NCBI GenBank assembly: GCA_051294905.1
Contig: CM119382.1
Location: 25,916,001-25,980,000 of the forward strand
Reading direction: 5' to 3'
Length of the DNA stretch: 64,000 bases
Source of the DNA: Botryllus schlosseri
Taxonomy: Eukaryota
Of this stretch, positions 11,442-23,053 are shown piece by piece. The notes beneath the pieces were generated by a model. It did no database searches and was not told where the DNA came from. It saw only the letters and a program-made list of their open reading frames with translations. A program made the translations under genes and the position numbers. The first letter of the stretch is position 1. Each line of letters starts with the position of its first letter.

Positions 11442-12511
11442 ATGTCGAAGCCATCTCGTTTTGGTGGTAGTGTTTGTTGCGCCTATGGGTGCAGTAAAAG
11501 GCAGAAAAAGATATCCACAGAGTCATATATGAGAAGTAATAGCGATGGTAGTAGCGATTAAGAGTCTTGGGTAAAGCGTGAGTGAATGGCAGAATAAGCA
11601 GGTCAGCAAGACTATCTTTGAAGAATCAGTTTATATTTTTAACATCACCTGTCCATCACAGTCTATCAATGTCCCAGATAAGCCACAGCATTAATGAATA
11701 GGCCATGTTAAAGTGTCATTATACCAGAACATTTTGTCATAAGTATATGGATGTTGGTATGATCAGAGCAGACTATATCAGCAGTCCCAGCACAATGTCA
11801 GTTCATCAGTATACCTGTAATAGCATGACCAGCTAGGTCACTGTTCGTATTCTGTATGGGCAGTTCAGCCAATAACTAGCTTAGTACTCAATCCCTGCTT
11901 AAAATTGTCGTGAAAGTTGGAGGTAGGACTAGAAGGAAAGGTATAATTAACGGCCACACGGTTTTGTCCGGCATAGTTGAGTAATAATTCTATTTTTGTG
12001 GTGCCAGTTGACCACAATACAGTTCAAATTGCTAATTCCGTGGTCAAGTTTATTATAGCTTCGTGCGTGCGAGACGTTCGATTTGTCTCGAAAGATGTTT
12101 TTTCTAGGTTTACCCTTAGCTTTGGATTCAAAAGGTTACCTAATAGTCTATCCTTCTGGGGTAGAAAGTAACAGATATATTTAAATGAAACAAGATAATT
12201 TCACAAATGTTCCTGCTACTTTTATCATCGTTCATAACAAATAATGGTCAATTTGGTGTGCTTCGTATCGTAGAATTACTTGTGAACTGATACTATGTTC
12301 CGTACAACGCAGCTTTCCTACCAATGCACCCCTGAAAGAAAGATGGATAGAATGTATTAGAAGAAAAGACTGGGTGCCAGCAAGATCGTCGGTCATATGC
12401 TCTGATCATTTTCCAAAAAGTGATATTTACCGTGTTGGCGGGAGAATTCGTTTACGGACGAATGCGGGGCCGACAAGATTTCTGAATTTTCCAAAATATA
12501 TGAGGCCAAAG
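11442..12511 (+). pseudogene. THAP-domain gene remnants
   Basis: 11442 reads MSKPSRFGGSVCCAYGCSKR (THAP N-terminal cysteines; in-frame stop downstream). Exon-like 12313-12511 reads FPTNAPLKERWIECIRRKDWVPARSSVICSDHF...GPTRF, flanked by AG and GT. Confidence 0.7.
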
Positions 12512-12939
12512 GTACGGTAGACACTAGACAGTGACTAGGCCTATATATTTATAAAGTTTGAGTTCCAATTACTATACCTTTATTTTAGCCCTAGTTAACG
12601 TAAAATTCACAAATTTTAGGCTTCAAACAACCGACGAGTGAGACCTGCAGCAGTTCCAGATAAGAAACGGCATTATGAAGCACAAACCGCTGAACCTGAG
12701 GTAGTTCTTCAGGTATGTTTATAATAACTCGTTCGCAGATATTAAAAGCCCTAACTTATCCCACTTTTTATTTTCAGATCACCCACCCTCAATTACGTCG
12801 AGGGCGACGTGAAGTCAATTACCATTAATTAATTAACTCTGTCTCTATTTTTTCATGTTCTTTTAATATCATTTAATCATTTAAAACCCTGCGTTTCTCA
12901 TAACTAAATTGTTGTTTCTGAAAAGGAAAGTTCAGAATT

Positions 12940-13179
12940 TTGGTACGAGACAGTACAGCGCGTTATTTTCGTGTGATCACAGAAATGGTTGATCTATTAG
13001 CCAGTTTGAAGCCAGAAGAAAGTGACAGTGAGGGCGAAGTCTGTCAAATCTGTAGTAAATTCAACTGTGGGCGGTCGAGGGGTATCAGTTGGGAACAGTG
13101 TGACAATTGGTTCCACGTACTCTGCCTTGAGAGAGAAGGGACAGGCAGTGCAACTGCAAGCTGCAAGTGTCAGAAGTAG
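12940..13179 (+). pseudogene. Degenerate PHD-finger-like exon
   Basis: CQICSK...ISWEQCDNWFHVLC...CKC resembles a C4HC3 PHD finger with a missing ligand. Partly duplicated at about 13370-13460. Confidence 0.5.
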
Positions 13180-13469
13180 ACAGACTATCGTAATAGCGAT
13201 AGATTGAAATAGAGAGGCATTCAACTCAACAAGTTTGAAAGCAGCGGACGTTCTAATAGTGTGGGATTCAAAATAGCAAGTTAGGGTTCGGTTTATCTTG
13301 TATTAGGGTTCAGGTTCAGACCTGAGCAGACCAAATGCGTTTACTTGAAATTTAGATAATGAAACCTATTTTTGGAAACAGTGTGACAACTGATTCCGTG
13401 AACTCTGTCTTGAGAGAGAAGGGACAACCATTGCAGCTGCAAATTGCAAGTGCTAGAAATATGATGGTA

Positions 13470-13720
13470 TCTGAACATCTCAGAAAATTTTGTATTGGTG
13501 GAATAATTTGTGTTGATGATTGTAGATTTGTGTCTACTGTTTTTCTTCAAATGGGGGTCTCTGTACATGTCAGAAAACTTTGTATTGGTGGAGCATTTTG
13601 TGTTGATGATTGTAGTTTTGTGTCTACTGTTATTCTTTAAAGGGTGATCGCTGAACATCTCAGAACACTTTGTATTGGTGGAAGAAATTGTGTTGGTGAT
13701 TTTAGTGCTGTGTCTATTGT
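13470..13720. repeat. About 90-bp tandem repeat x3
   Basis: Unit CTGAACATCTCAGAAAATTTTGTATTGGTGGA...TGTGTCTACTG recurs at about 13470, 13560 and 13650. Confidence 0.85.
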
Positions 13721-14064
13721 ATTTTTAAACAATTGGCTATCAAAGGGGCCCCACTAGGGAGGTTTATTTGATTTAAAAAAATATTTTCGTTGTTAATTTT
13801 TTGGCCTTTTAAAAAAGTATGAAGACGAAATCTGATAAGAAAGTTATTTGGTATATTGATAGCCGGGACCCACATTGCTACTAGTTCAAAGAACCAAGGA
13901 TGCGAAACCCCTTTAACCTACTCGAAATGTATCAAAAGTGCCGAAAACTATTAAAGTCACCCTGATTGACGGTAATTCCGGGTACAGCATTAACGAAGAT
14001 GCGATGCTTTTGCTCCAGAAAGTACTAAAGGTTGTTCGAATGAAAGCTTTATGGTCCGACGAAT

Positions 14065-15054
14065 CAGAGATGCCACTGGGATATTTCGGAAAAACCCAGA
14101 TGTGGACGCGAAATAAACCCAGATCCTATACTACACTCAAATTGCTATGAAATAGCTGTGAAACTGGAAACAGACAGTCACTACTACAGTCATGCAGTAA
14201 TAGAAGTAAGTTTCAGCTGTTGATACTGAAATTACAACATTTTATATTGTACATTATGCTCGGTTAACACAGCAAATCCCACAAATATGTGTTTGCCATA
14301 AACCAATTGGTGTGCGGTGACATAACTAAATCGGGTATTTACTGTATTATATAACCGCGCCGCGAATGTTCGAAACAATGCCATTCATCCCCCATCTCTA
14401 AGGGTGATTTTCGGGTATTTCCACGCAATGATCTGACCAGTTGAAATTAACTTTCGGTTGATTAATCCTGGGATAATGTAACGGGCATATTTAGTCAAAA
14501 AAACTGCCCAATCATGAAATTCAGGATATATTCGAATGTGCTGATAACCAACCCCTTTGGCTAACTCAATTCTTGAGGATGTCCGACTGTCTCTCTCTGA
14601 GTGTCCCTGTTGGAAGTGCATATACTCAGATACCCGTGACACCCATGCGCATAATATACAGTTACATGATATGTTACTTGATAAACGACACATTTATTTG
14701 AGCGATACTAGCGTTCAAGTCTTAAATCGTATTAAATTGTAAGACAACGGTTCCAATGAGTTGCCCCAACATGATTTTCTGCGACCTGGAAGTTAGCATT
14801 TGATGAAGCTCCATCATCGCATCACACCAAGGCCTCTCATTTTACGAGTGAAACAGAGTCTCAGGACTCAGTGACTCGGGACAATGGCGAACTGAAGTGC
14901 GTGCACCATGCGACATTGTGATCTTACTAATCTAATAATTAATTTTCGAGCGCAAACTTGAGCTGACGAACATGATGTTGAAAAAACCCGGATTTCAAGG
15001 ACAAAAACCAAGAAACCCAGATGATGTTCGAAAAACCCAGAAGTGGCATGTCTG
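14065..15054. mobile_element. hAT-type MITE (CAGAGATGCCAC family), copy 1
   Basis: TIR CAGAGATGCCAC...GTGGCATGTCTG. TSD CGACGAAT at 14057-14064 and 15055-15062. Confidence 0.9.
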
Positions 15055-15220
15055 CGACGAATCACTTCCTCAATCATCCACGGATGACGAAGCTGGTGAC
15101 ATGTCAGACGACGAAGATCAAGGACTACTTTTCAGAAACAGACTGGCGGTTTGGACATCTGAATGTAACATTACTCAAAAATCTACTAATCGACTGCTTC
15201 GTCTGATGCCATTGCTGAAT
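15055..15220 (+). pseudogene. Possible CACTA/EnSpm-type transposase N-terminal fragment
   Basis: An acidic tract followed by LAVWTSECNITQKSTNRLLRL, resembling the LxxWAxxxNIxxxxLxxLL motif recalled for animal EnSpm-like proteins. Confidence 0.35.
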
Positions 15221-15933
15221 TCACGAAATGTCGCTCATGTGCAATAATCAGCATCACCTGGAAAGTAGTAATTGATGCATGTTCGGTTAGTGTGTTCTGA
15301 TCACATGTGAAGTTAAATGAACATGATGTATTGTGAATTCAGGAAAAGCTGCACTGCTATTTTCCGAAAAAGAATGCAACGGAGCGCGCTAGGAAAGGGG
15401 TACCTCCCAAGCTGGACAACACTTGGCCTTTGTATACCATCAAGTTATTAGGAGACGAAACAGGTTTGGCCACAGAAATGTTTCATGTAATTTCAAGACT
15501 TAAAACTTTAAAAATATATTCAGAGGACTGGCAAGTTGCACTGTAAAGATTATCGACATCAGAATATACTAGTAACGTGGAATCGGCTTCCTCATAAACT
15601 GAAAACGTGAGAGAAAGACGGCCGCCAAAAAATTTTCTGAATTGTCGGAGGAATCATCCTACGGTATGCACAAACATTGATTAACTGCTAGTTATTGTAA
15701 ACCCGTTTTGAGTAACTTTTATTTTGTTTCCAATGGGAGCTTCCTATCTGTTGGTTCGTAAAATAGTCATTCACAACATTCTAACGGAAATAAAAAAAAT
15801 AACTCCTGCAATAGATGAGGAAAGCTCGACACTGCGTACTCAAGCCACTAAAGAGTCACCAAACACGAATCCGCAGACGTCTTCTGGTGACAATCATACT
15901 ACTGTGATTGCTCAGATTGGCGAGTGTGTATGG

Positions 15934-16356
15934 TAGGCTTACCATACGTCCTCTTTTTAGAGGATTTGTCCTCTTTTTTGACTTTTTTGAAAGTGTCCTC
16001 GGAGGACGCCCTTTTGTCCTCTTTTTTGAAAATTGAGGTCAGTTTTAGAGCAATTTGCGAGTGATATGCCGTAAATTAGCACAGAAGTGACGCTCCGGAG
16101 GGTATTTCGGAGCGAAAAACGCTATATTGAGCTCCGAGCGGAAAGATGACCTTTTTTTTTAGTCATCCACCTAGCAATGCGGAGAAAAAAAACGGTATTT
16201 TGAGCTCTGAGCGCGAAGTGATGACCTTTTTTTTTAGTCAACCGGTCACAAAGTGGGAAAAATTCACCGGTTTTTGAGAATTCTACTCCAGTTTTGCAAG
16301 TCTCAAATTTCTGAAAAAGTGTCCTCTTTTTAGATTTCCAAAATATGGTAAGCCTG
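15934..16356. mobile_element. hAT-type MITE (TAGGCTTACCATA family)
   Basis: TIR TAGGCTTACCATA...TATGGTAAGCCTG with GTCCTC subterminal repeats. TSD is not clean. Confidence 0.7.
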
Positions 16357-17728
16357 GGTTATGTATGGGAGTGTGATAACTAGGGCCATTTCAAGTCATT
16401 AAAGTCATATTTTTTTCTATGCATCAGTAAGTCGTGAAATCAATTTTAACGCGAAAACCACGTCCCTATGGGGTATAGTAAGAAAGTTATAAAGTCATAT
16501 TTTCCTGGTTAGGTCATATTTGAGTTATAAAGTCATATTGTTGTATACTTTAAATAAAAAGTGCCAATTTAGGCGGTGAAGCAGGAAGAAAGTAGGGCAA
16601 TTTCTGATTGAACGAAGGCAAGCCGTAAGGTTAGCCTACATCACATTACAGTCACAGACCTATGAGGTCACACATTGCATTGTGTTGCTACCAGACATGG
16701 GGTGATTACTTCACGAATGTAATCGATTGCGATTACGATTACAGCCAAATCAGGAAGTAGTCGATTACGATTACTTTTCAAAAGTAATCACGATTACTCA
16801 CGATTACATTTGTTTTGCTTCTTAGAACTAATTTCAGAAGAGATTTTGAAAGACAATATAAATAAGGCTTGCAATGAAAAGGTCTTATGAGATAACAACT
16901 TTCTTTATAAATCATAGTCATTTGCTTGTTACGTCATAATGCACCCATTGCCCACCTTTATGCAGGACTATTCGTCGCACCCAACGATTTGCATTCTTGC
17001 CAGGTCCGTAACTGCCACACCCCGAACTCCCCAATAGGACCAGGAGCAAGCTCTTAGGGGGCTCAAAATTATTTCGTAAATCAACATATTTTCAAGAGAA
17101 TTAATTCACTTGAAAATCTTCCTCGAGTTTCGGCATTTAATGTCCCTAAATAGCTTGATTTTGAAATGCATACCTCTCCCCCTCAAGAAAAAAAAGCATG
17201 CATAATTTATAGGAAGAGGCATTTCGGTGGCGGTCATTACCCCGCCAGGACACACCAAAAGACGTATGCAATTTCGGCCAACATGCAACTCCACAAAGTG
17301 TGCTACCAAAGAATGACCTTGACCAAAAGGTTGGGTATGTGTCCATTGTCAGTAACCGCGCTCTGTGGGCATGACGAATAGTCCGGTCCTTCCAATCTGA
17401 GCCCCAACAATGCAAATGCCACCCGGGGCACTCACAGAGGAATGAAGACATGGCAATTTGTGTGTGCGTCTCACGAAAGTTTTTCTTTTAGTCTGCTACG
17501 TTTGGGCGACTACAGTATCTTTTGATTATATACAAGATGGGAGGTCACGAATAAACAACATACAATAATGAAATTATAACAATATACCAGATGCTATAAT
17601 TATGAATTACTTGCTCCCAGCTCTACCGGTAAATCTGAATGAATAGCAAGATAATGCAATTACCAATGTTATTGACGAAATTCAGTCATCAACTTAAAAA
17701 CTGACCACCCTATGGGGCGCCAATACCC

Positions 17729-18249
17729 CGAGTTGTAATGACTCGCGTCATGACTCGACTCGAGTCGCGATTTTTTGGTGACTAGACTTGACTCGAGTCA
17801 TTTTTTGTATTGACTCGACTTGTACTCGAGTAATTTTGTATGACTCGAGACTAGAACGGCCAAGACAGACAGTCCATGTAACTTCGAAGAATAGTAAAGC
17901 TACCACATTATTTGTATTTCGTCTATCAGTCCTGATACTTGGAAATGGGGCCGTAAACTGTGAAAACTGATGAAAATTACTATATTAAGAATACGAGCCA
18001 TTCTATATCACTCGAACAGAGTTGAAAAAAGTGGGCTGAACCGGATTGATCAGAAAACTGATCTGTGAACATAACGACTTGGACTCGTACTCGAGTCAAA
18101 AAACATGACTCGGAGTCGACCCTATACTAGCTGACTTGGACTCGGACTTGACTCGGGGGTGAATTGAAAATGAATCGACTTGACTAGAGTCAAAACTATA
18201 AAAGTGAGATTGACTTGTGACTCGGAACATTGTAACTTGGATACAACCT
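17729..18249. mobile_element. MITE with GACTCGAGTC arrays
   Basis: Ends resemble (C)AGGGTTGTAA...TACAACCTT. Homologous to 41697-42170, 42320-42551 and 61476-61741. Confidence 0.65.
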
Positions 18250-18799
18250 TAACAATACCAACGTTTGGAGTGGGGGACGAATTGCTGTTTTGGTCCTGGT
18301 TGTACCTACAACCCACGCTAACATGGTGTATAAGCGGATGACTATGGCGTCAGGTATAAATGTCGAGTGAAGAATTGTGAAATAACGATTGGCGCTCGTT
18401 TCAAGTAGTCATATGAGAATAAGATAAAGTGAACTTAAAATTCTATCTTCCACTTATTACAGATACTGCAAGCTGCCGTTATGCCGTTACGAGAAACGGC
18501 AAAGAACGGCGGCTCGGTTATGATGTATAAACGCAGCTGTTGATTTAAACCATGGTAATGTTTTATTTGACGAGTACAAAACTTCAAACCTTTGTCCGGT
18601 GTACGAACAATACATACGTATACTACATAGATAGGCCTACTGCTCGCCAAGCAGCAACGGTCAAACTGCGTTTAACTATAAGCATAACCAAACATCAATA
18701 CATAAGTTACTATTTGAAACTAGGCAGAGTGGTGAATATTATCTTGCTGCGAGGTAGTGGCGTCTGGAGTGTATTGATAACCTGATATACAGCATGGCT

Positions 18800-19913
18800 C
18801 AGAGATGCCACTGGGATATTTCGGAAAACCCAGATGTGGAGGCAAAATAAACCCAGAAAAACCCAGATCCTATATTTCACTCAAAAGACACTAGATAGCT
18901 GTGAAAGTAGAGCCTGATAGTCGTCGAATACACTCATACCGTCATTGAAGCCTTTGATATTGAATTAACAAAAGTTCATAATACACATTTTGCTTGGTTA
19001 ACACTGCGAATCGCACATAAAACATGTTGTTTTCCTCTCGACTCGTCGCAGTGAAACAATTGGGGCGCAGCGTGAATACTTAATAGTGTACCGGTACTTA
19101 TTATATCATCGCGCTGCGAAGGTTGAATGCAATGCCATCCATTCCCTATTTCTAAGGATGATTTCATGTATTTTCAGCGACCTGAACAGATTGAAAGTAG
19201 CTTTCGAATGATTAATCCTACGACAATCACTTTTATTTGGAATAATCACTGACCAATGTACAGTGGAAATAAATAACTGCCAAATCATGAAATTCAGGGT
19301 TAGGGACTTACGGTTAGGGTTCGAATGTGCTGATAACCAATGCCTCGGATTAACTTGCTAGTTGCCAGGGGTGTCCAACTAACTAACCAACTCTTTCTCT
19401 ATCTGAGTGCCTCTGTTGGAACTATAAATATACTCAGATAACAATAGGATTATATTAGTCGGATCATCACCTGGTCTGTTCATGTGCTTGTGCATACCAT
19501 ACAGTTACATGATATCGGCTATCGATACATGCCGAATTGTTAATCAAGTTCACCAAGTGCCGAGTTCGCTACTAGCAATCGTCCTATATGAACATGACTT
19601 TCTGCGACCTAGAAGTTACCATTCAATGAAGCTCCATCGCATCAAGCCAAAGCCTCTAATTTTAGTAGTGAAATAGATTCTTAACATTCTGTCGTTACAA
19701 TAACAGCAAAATCCATCGACAATGTCGAACTGAAGTGCGTGCATTTTACGATATTGCGACCGTACTAATCTAATAATTAATTTTCGAGCGTAAAACTGAC
19801 CTGGCGAACTGGATGTTGAAGAAAAAACAGATTTCAAGGATAAAAACCCAGAAACCCAGGTGATGCTCAAAAAACCCAGATCTGGGTGAAAAAACCCAGG
19901 AGTGGCATCTCTG
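18800..19913. mobile_element. hAT-type MITE (CAGAGATGCCAC family), copy 2
   Basis: TIR CAGAGATGCCAC...GTGGCATCTCTG. TSD GCATGGCT at 18792-18799 and 19914-19921. Confidence 0.92.
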
Positions 19914-21019
19914 GCATGGCTTACACTGTTCTAACAATCACACAACAATGTACATCGAATATATATTTACTACGTGTGTATACTTCTTACGCAAGGACGA
20001 GCAAAGCTAATACTTCTGACGTAATAATGACCAGTGGCGTTTGAAAATCAACCGCTTGCGCTATCAATAACCTGGTATAATATCTCTTCCTTGTTCACGA
20101 ATGTTCGGTTATGTCATATTCACTGTACAAATAAAAAGTAATCGTTCTTTCACAAAGAAATCGATTAGATATGTGAAGTAGTCGATTACGATTACTTTGG
20201 ATTTTTTTGGAATGTAATCGATTGCGATTACGATTACTCGAAAATGCTGTAATCGTCGTAATCGATTACGATTACTAATCGCGATTACCCCATGTCTGGT
20301 TGCTACACAATCTGTTTTACTTCTGTGCACTGAAGTAGGACGTCATTTGAAGTTCAGTCAGTGGGTAGGCAGGCTAAAAAGCTCTATCTTGGTCTAGTTA
20401 TATACAAATACATTTGGATTTGAATAAAATAGTATTTACGATGGGCACCACGATCATAAATAATTGAAGAATTGGTCACCGAAATATGCTCCACTACAAC
20501 AGTATTTCAAACTTGATACAGAAAATGAAAAGTTGTACGTACACCATCAGAGAGGCTAATGCTGGTCTAAATGCCCTTGATTTCAGAAAGATCCGCTTGA
20601 GCTAAAAAATTACATTAAAAAGCGATTGGACTAAAACGATGTGAAACAAATTATGGAGCTACAAAGGCAAGACATTTCACCAGCGCTGTATGCAAAACTG
20701 CAGAAGTGTCAACCCACATCAGCGTCTGTGGAGCGCTCATTTTCCTTATTTTACGTCCAAGTCGTCACTTTAAAGACTCCAACATTCCACACAACATGAA
20801 ACTATGTACTACAACAGTGGTTTAAAATAAAAAAAAATGGATGAGTATTACTGCTATGTTGTGTATGTTTTACTCGTCAGTTCCATGAGGGACGTTGGTT
20901 ACATGTAAAAATACACTATTTTCACATAAAGTCATATAAAGTCATATTTTCCATAAAATAAAGTCATATAATTGATTTTTTAAAGTCATATAAAAATGGC
21001 CTTAGTGATAACACTAAAC

Positions 21020-21944
21020 CAGAGGTCTCAAACTCAAATGTGCTCTCGGGCCAATTTCCTATCTTTTTTTATGACGCCGCGGGCCGCAGCATCACTAATA
21101 GGGATATTCAATGTATAATTTCCAATTAGGCCATATTTGACGGGACCTTGCTGACAGGCATTCCACAAACATCGTGGAAATGTAACTTACTATTGTATTT
21201 GTGATGTGCTTCATGCGAACCATCGCACGAAGAGACGCATGGCGGCTGCTCGCAGTGGTGGTGTGGTGGAAGCGTGTAGTGGACGTGAGGGGTCTGTGTG
21301 TTGCTGTTTCAGTTGACGTGTTTTATTACTTCTTTGAATATAAACATCTTCGAGTACAGTATTATTCACGCTTGTTACAGGAAAAAAAATCACATTGTCT
21401 AACATTTGAAAGATATTGTTTCTGTGCCGGGCATACTTTTTTAATGAGTTATAGACATCATGCGAGAGGGTGCATCAAATTCGTGACATCGTGAAACTGT
21501 CGGGTTATAATTTTGCTGCTAGATTGTTGCGTCCGTAGGATCACCAGGTCACCGTTTCGAGTCGCAAGTCCTCTGATTTTAACGTTTGACCCGACTCAAC
21601 TCGAGTCATGTTTATTTATTCATCCAGTCAATCCGAAATTGAGTAGTTATACGAGAATGTCGTGCCAAACCGAATTTATAATTTTCAGTCACGAATCATC
21701 AACGAGTCATATTTTATCATCATGAACTAGAAATGCGACGTAATAGCTGATCTTCTACCGCATGGTAGCTTTTAAAAGTGATGTGATAGTGAAGTTCGTA
21801 GAGATTTCAGTGATTTTGATAGTAGTTTCAGGGTGAACTTAAATATATTGTTGAATACTGGAAATTCCAAAGTGCCGTCGCGGGTCACACAAAATGCTCT
21901 CGCGAGCCGCATGGGGCCCGCGGGCCGCGTGTTTGAGACCTCTG
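21020..21944. mobile_element. hAT-type MITE
   Basis: TIR CAGAGGTCTCAAAC...GTTTGAGACCTCTG. TSD CACTAAAC/CACTACAC (7/8). Confidence 0.85.
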
Positions 21945-23053
21945 CACTACACAGACTACTAGATTTTCAAAATGCGCGACTAGAACTACTCAATATTTAG
22001 AGCTCGAAGCTAGAACAAGAGCTGCCAACTTTTCCCCATCCGCAACTAGAACTACTCACTTGTTAAAACTCACTACCAGAGCCACTCAATTTTCAAAGTC
22101 TGCAGCTAGAACTACTCAAAAAAACGGTAATTAGTTGACCTTCACCTAACTAAATGAGCAGTTTGTACAAGTCTGACACAAAGTATTTTTGGGCAAATGC
22201 ATGAAATGTATTTTCTAGCAGATGAGAGGAAAGAACAACTGAACAAACAAGTCGCGCCGAGAATGCCAGTCAAGTTTAACATGCTTGGTGTTTAAGAAAA
22301 TCTTTTTGTGTGGTACTCCCTATTGACCTGAAACAGAAACTTCCAGGTAATGAAAGTGAATGCGGATCCAGTCACGGTTCACGAAACCCGACTCTTATTC
22401 ATTTGGCGGAGACAGTACGGCATCTGCTACGATCAGTATGTATTTCTGAGATACTCAGTTGATTTCAACTGGTCAAGCAGATATCATGTATACAAGGATC
22501 TTGGATTTCAGTTGATACCATGCAACAAATGAAGGCGACGTTGGAGAGACTGGAGCCTATCGTGATGGAGATTAGGCAGAGCTTAAGCGGAAAAAGTGAT
22601 AAAAAGAGAACAGAATTGATCCTAGAAGATGTAATATACCAGAGCCACTCGCCACAAAACACGATTTAAAGAAATTTGATGACAAATTGAATGAAATCAC
22701 AGCCTTTTTGCAAGAGATGTGGTGTGTTGAATGTGTTTTATTATTTTTAGAAATTCAGTTAGTCGAAGTTGTCGACCGTATTACTTGGGTCATTTTTAGG
22801 CTTGTTAAGCATCTTTGCGATACAACTGTTCCCTGAACGTAGGAGGTAATGAACGGCCGACTAATTCTTTTCCTATATTGACACTTCGGATATTCCCAGG
22901 CAACAAAATGGGATGCAATCACCAGGCGTATCGTGCGCATTCGATGTCAAAATGATGCTTCAAAAGAAACAATTTTCGCACTTCTGCCGCAGACTCATTA
23001 ACCCGTTGTTGCCGTCCATTAACCCTCTCGCTACTGCAGCTTATAACCGCTAT

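Larger units (their letters stand above)
16692..20298. mobile_element. Non-autonomous hAT element with GTAATCGATTAC arrays, nested in the previous element
   Basis: TIR CAGACATGGGGT...ACCCCATGTCTG. Perfect TSD GTTGCTAC at 16684-16691 and 20299-20306. Confidence 0.9.
16381..21004 (+). mobile_element. Deleted hAT element (AAGTCATA arrays) carrying nested inserts
   Basis: TIR TAGGGCCATTT...AAATGGCCTTA. Perfect TSD GTGATAAC at 16373-16380 and 21005-21012. hAT C-terminal remnant CQPTSASVERSFS at about 20705-20750. Confidence 0.85.

Noticed and set aside
13470-13720. Regularly spaced repeats here, in the GACTCGAGTC arrays and at 23700-23920 as possible CRISPR arrays
   Set aside because: Eukaryotic context, no unique spacers, no cas genes; explained as tandem or subterminal repeats.
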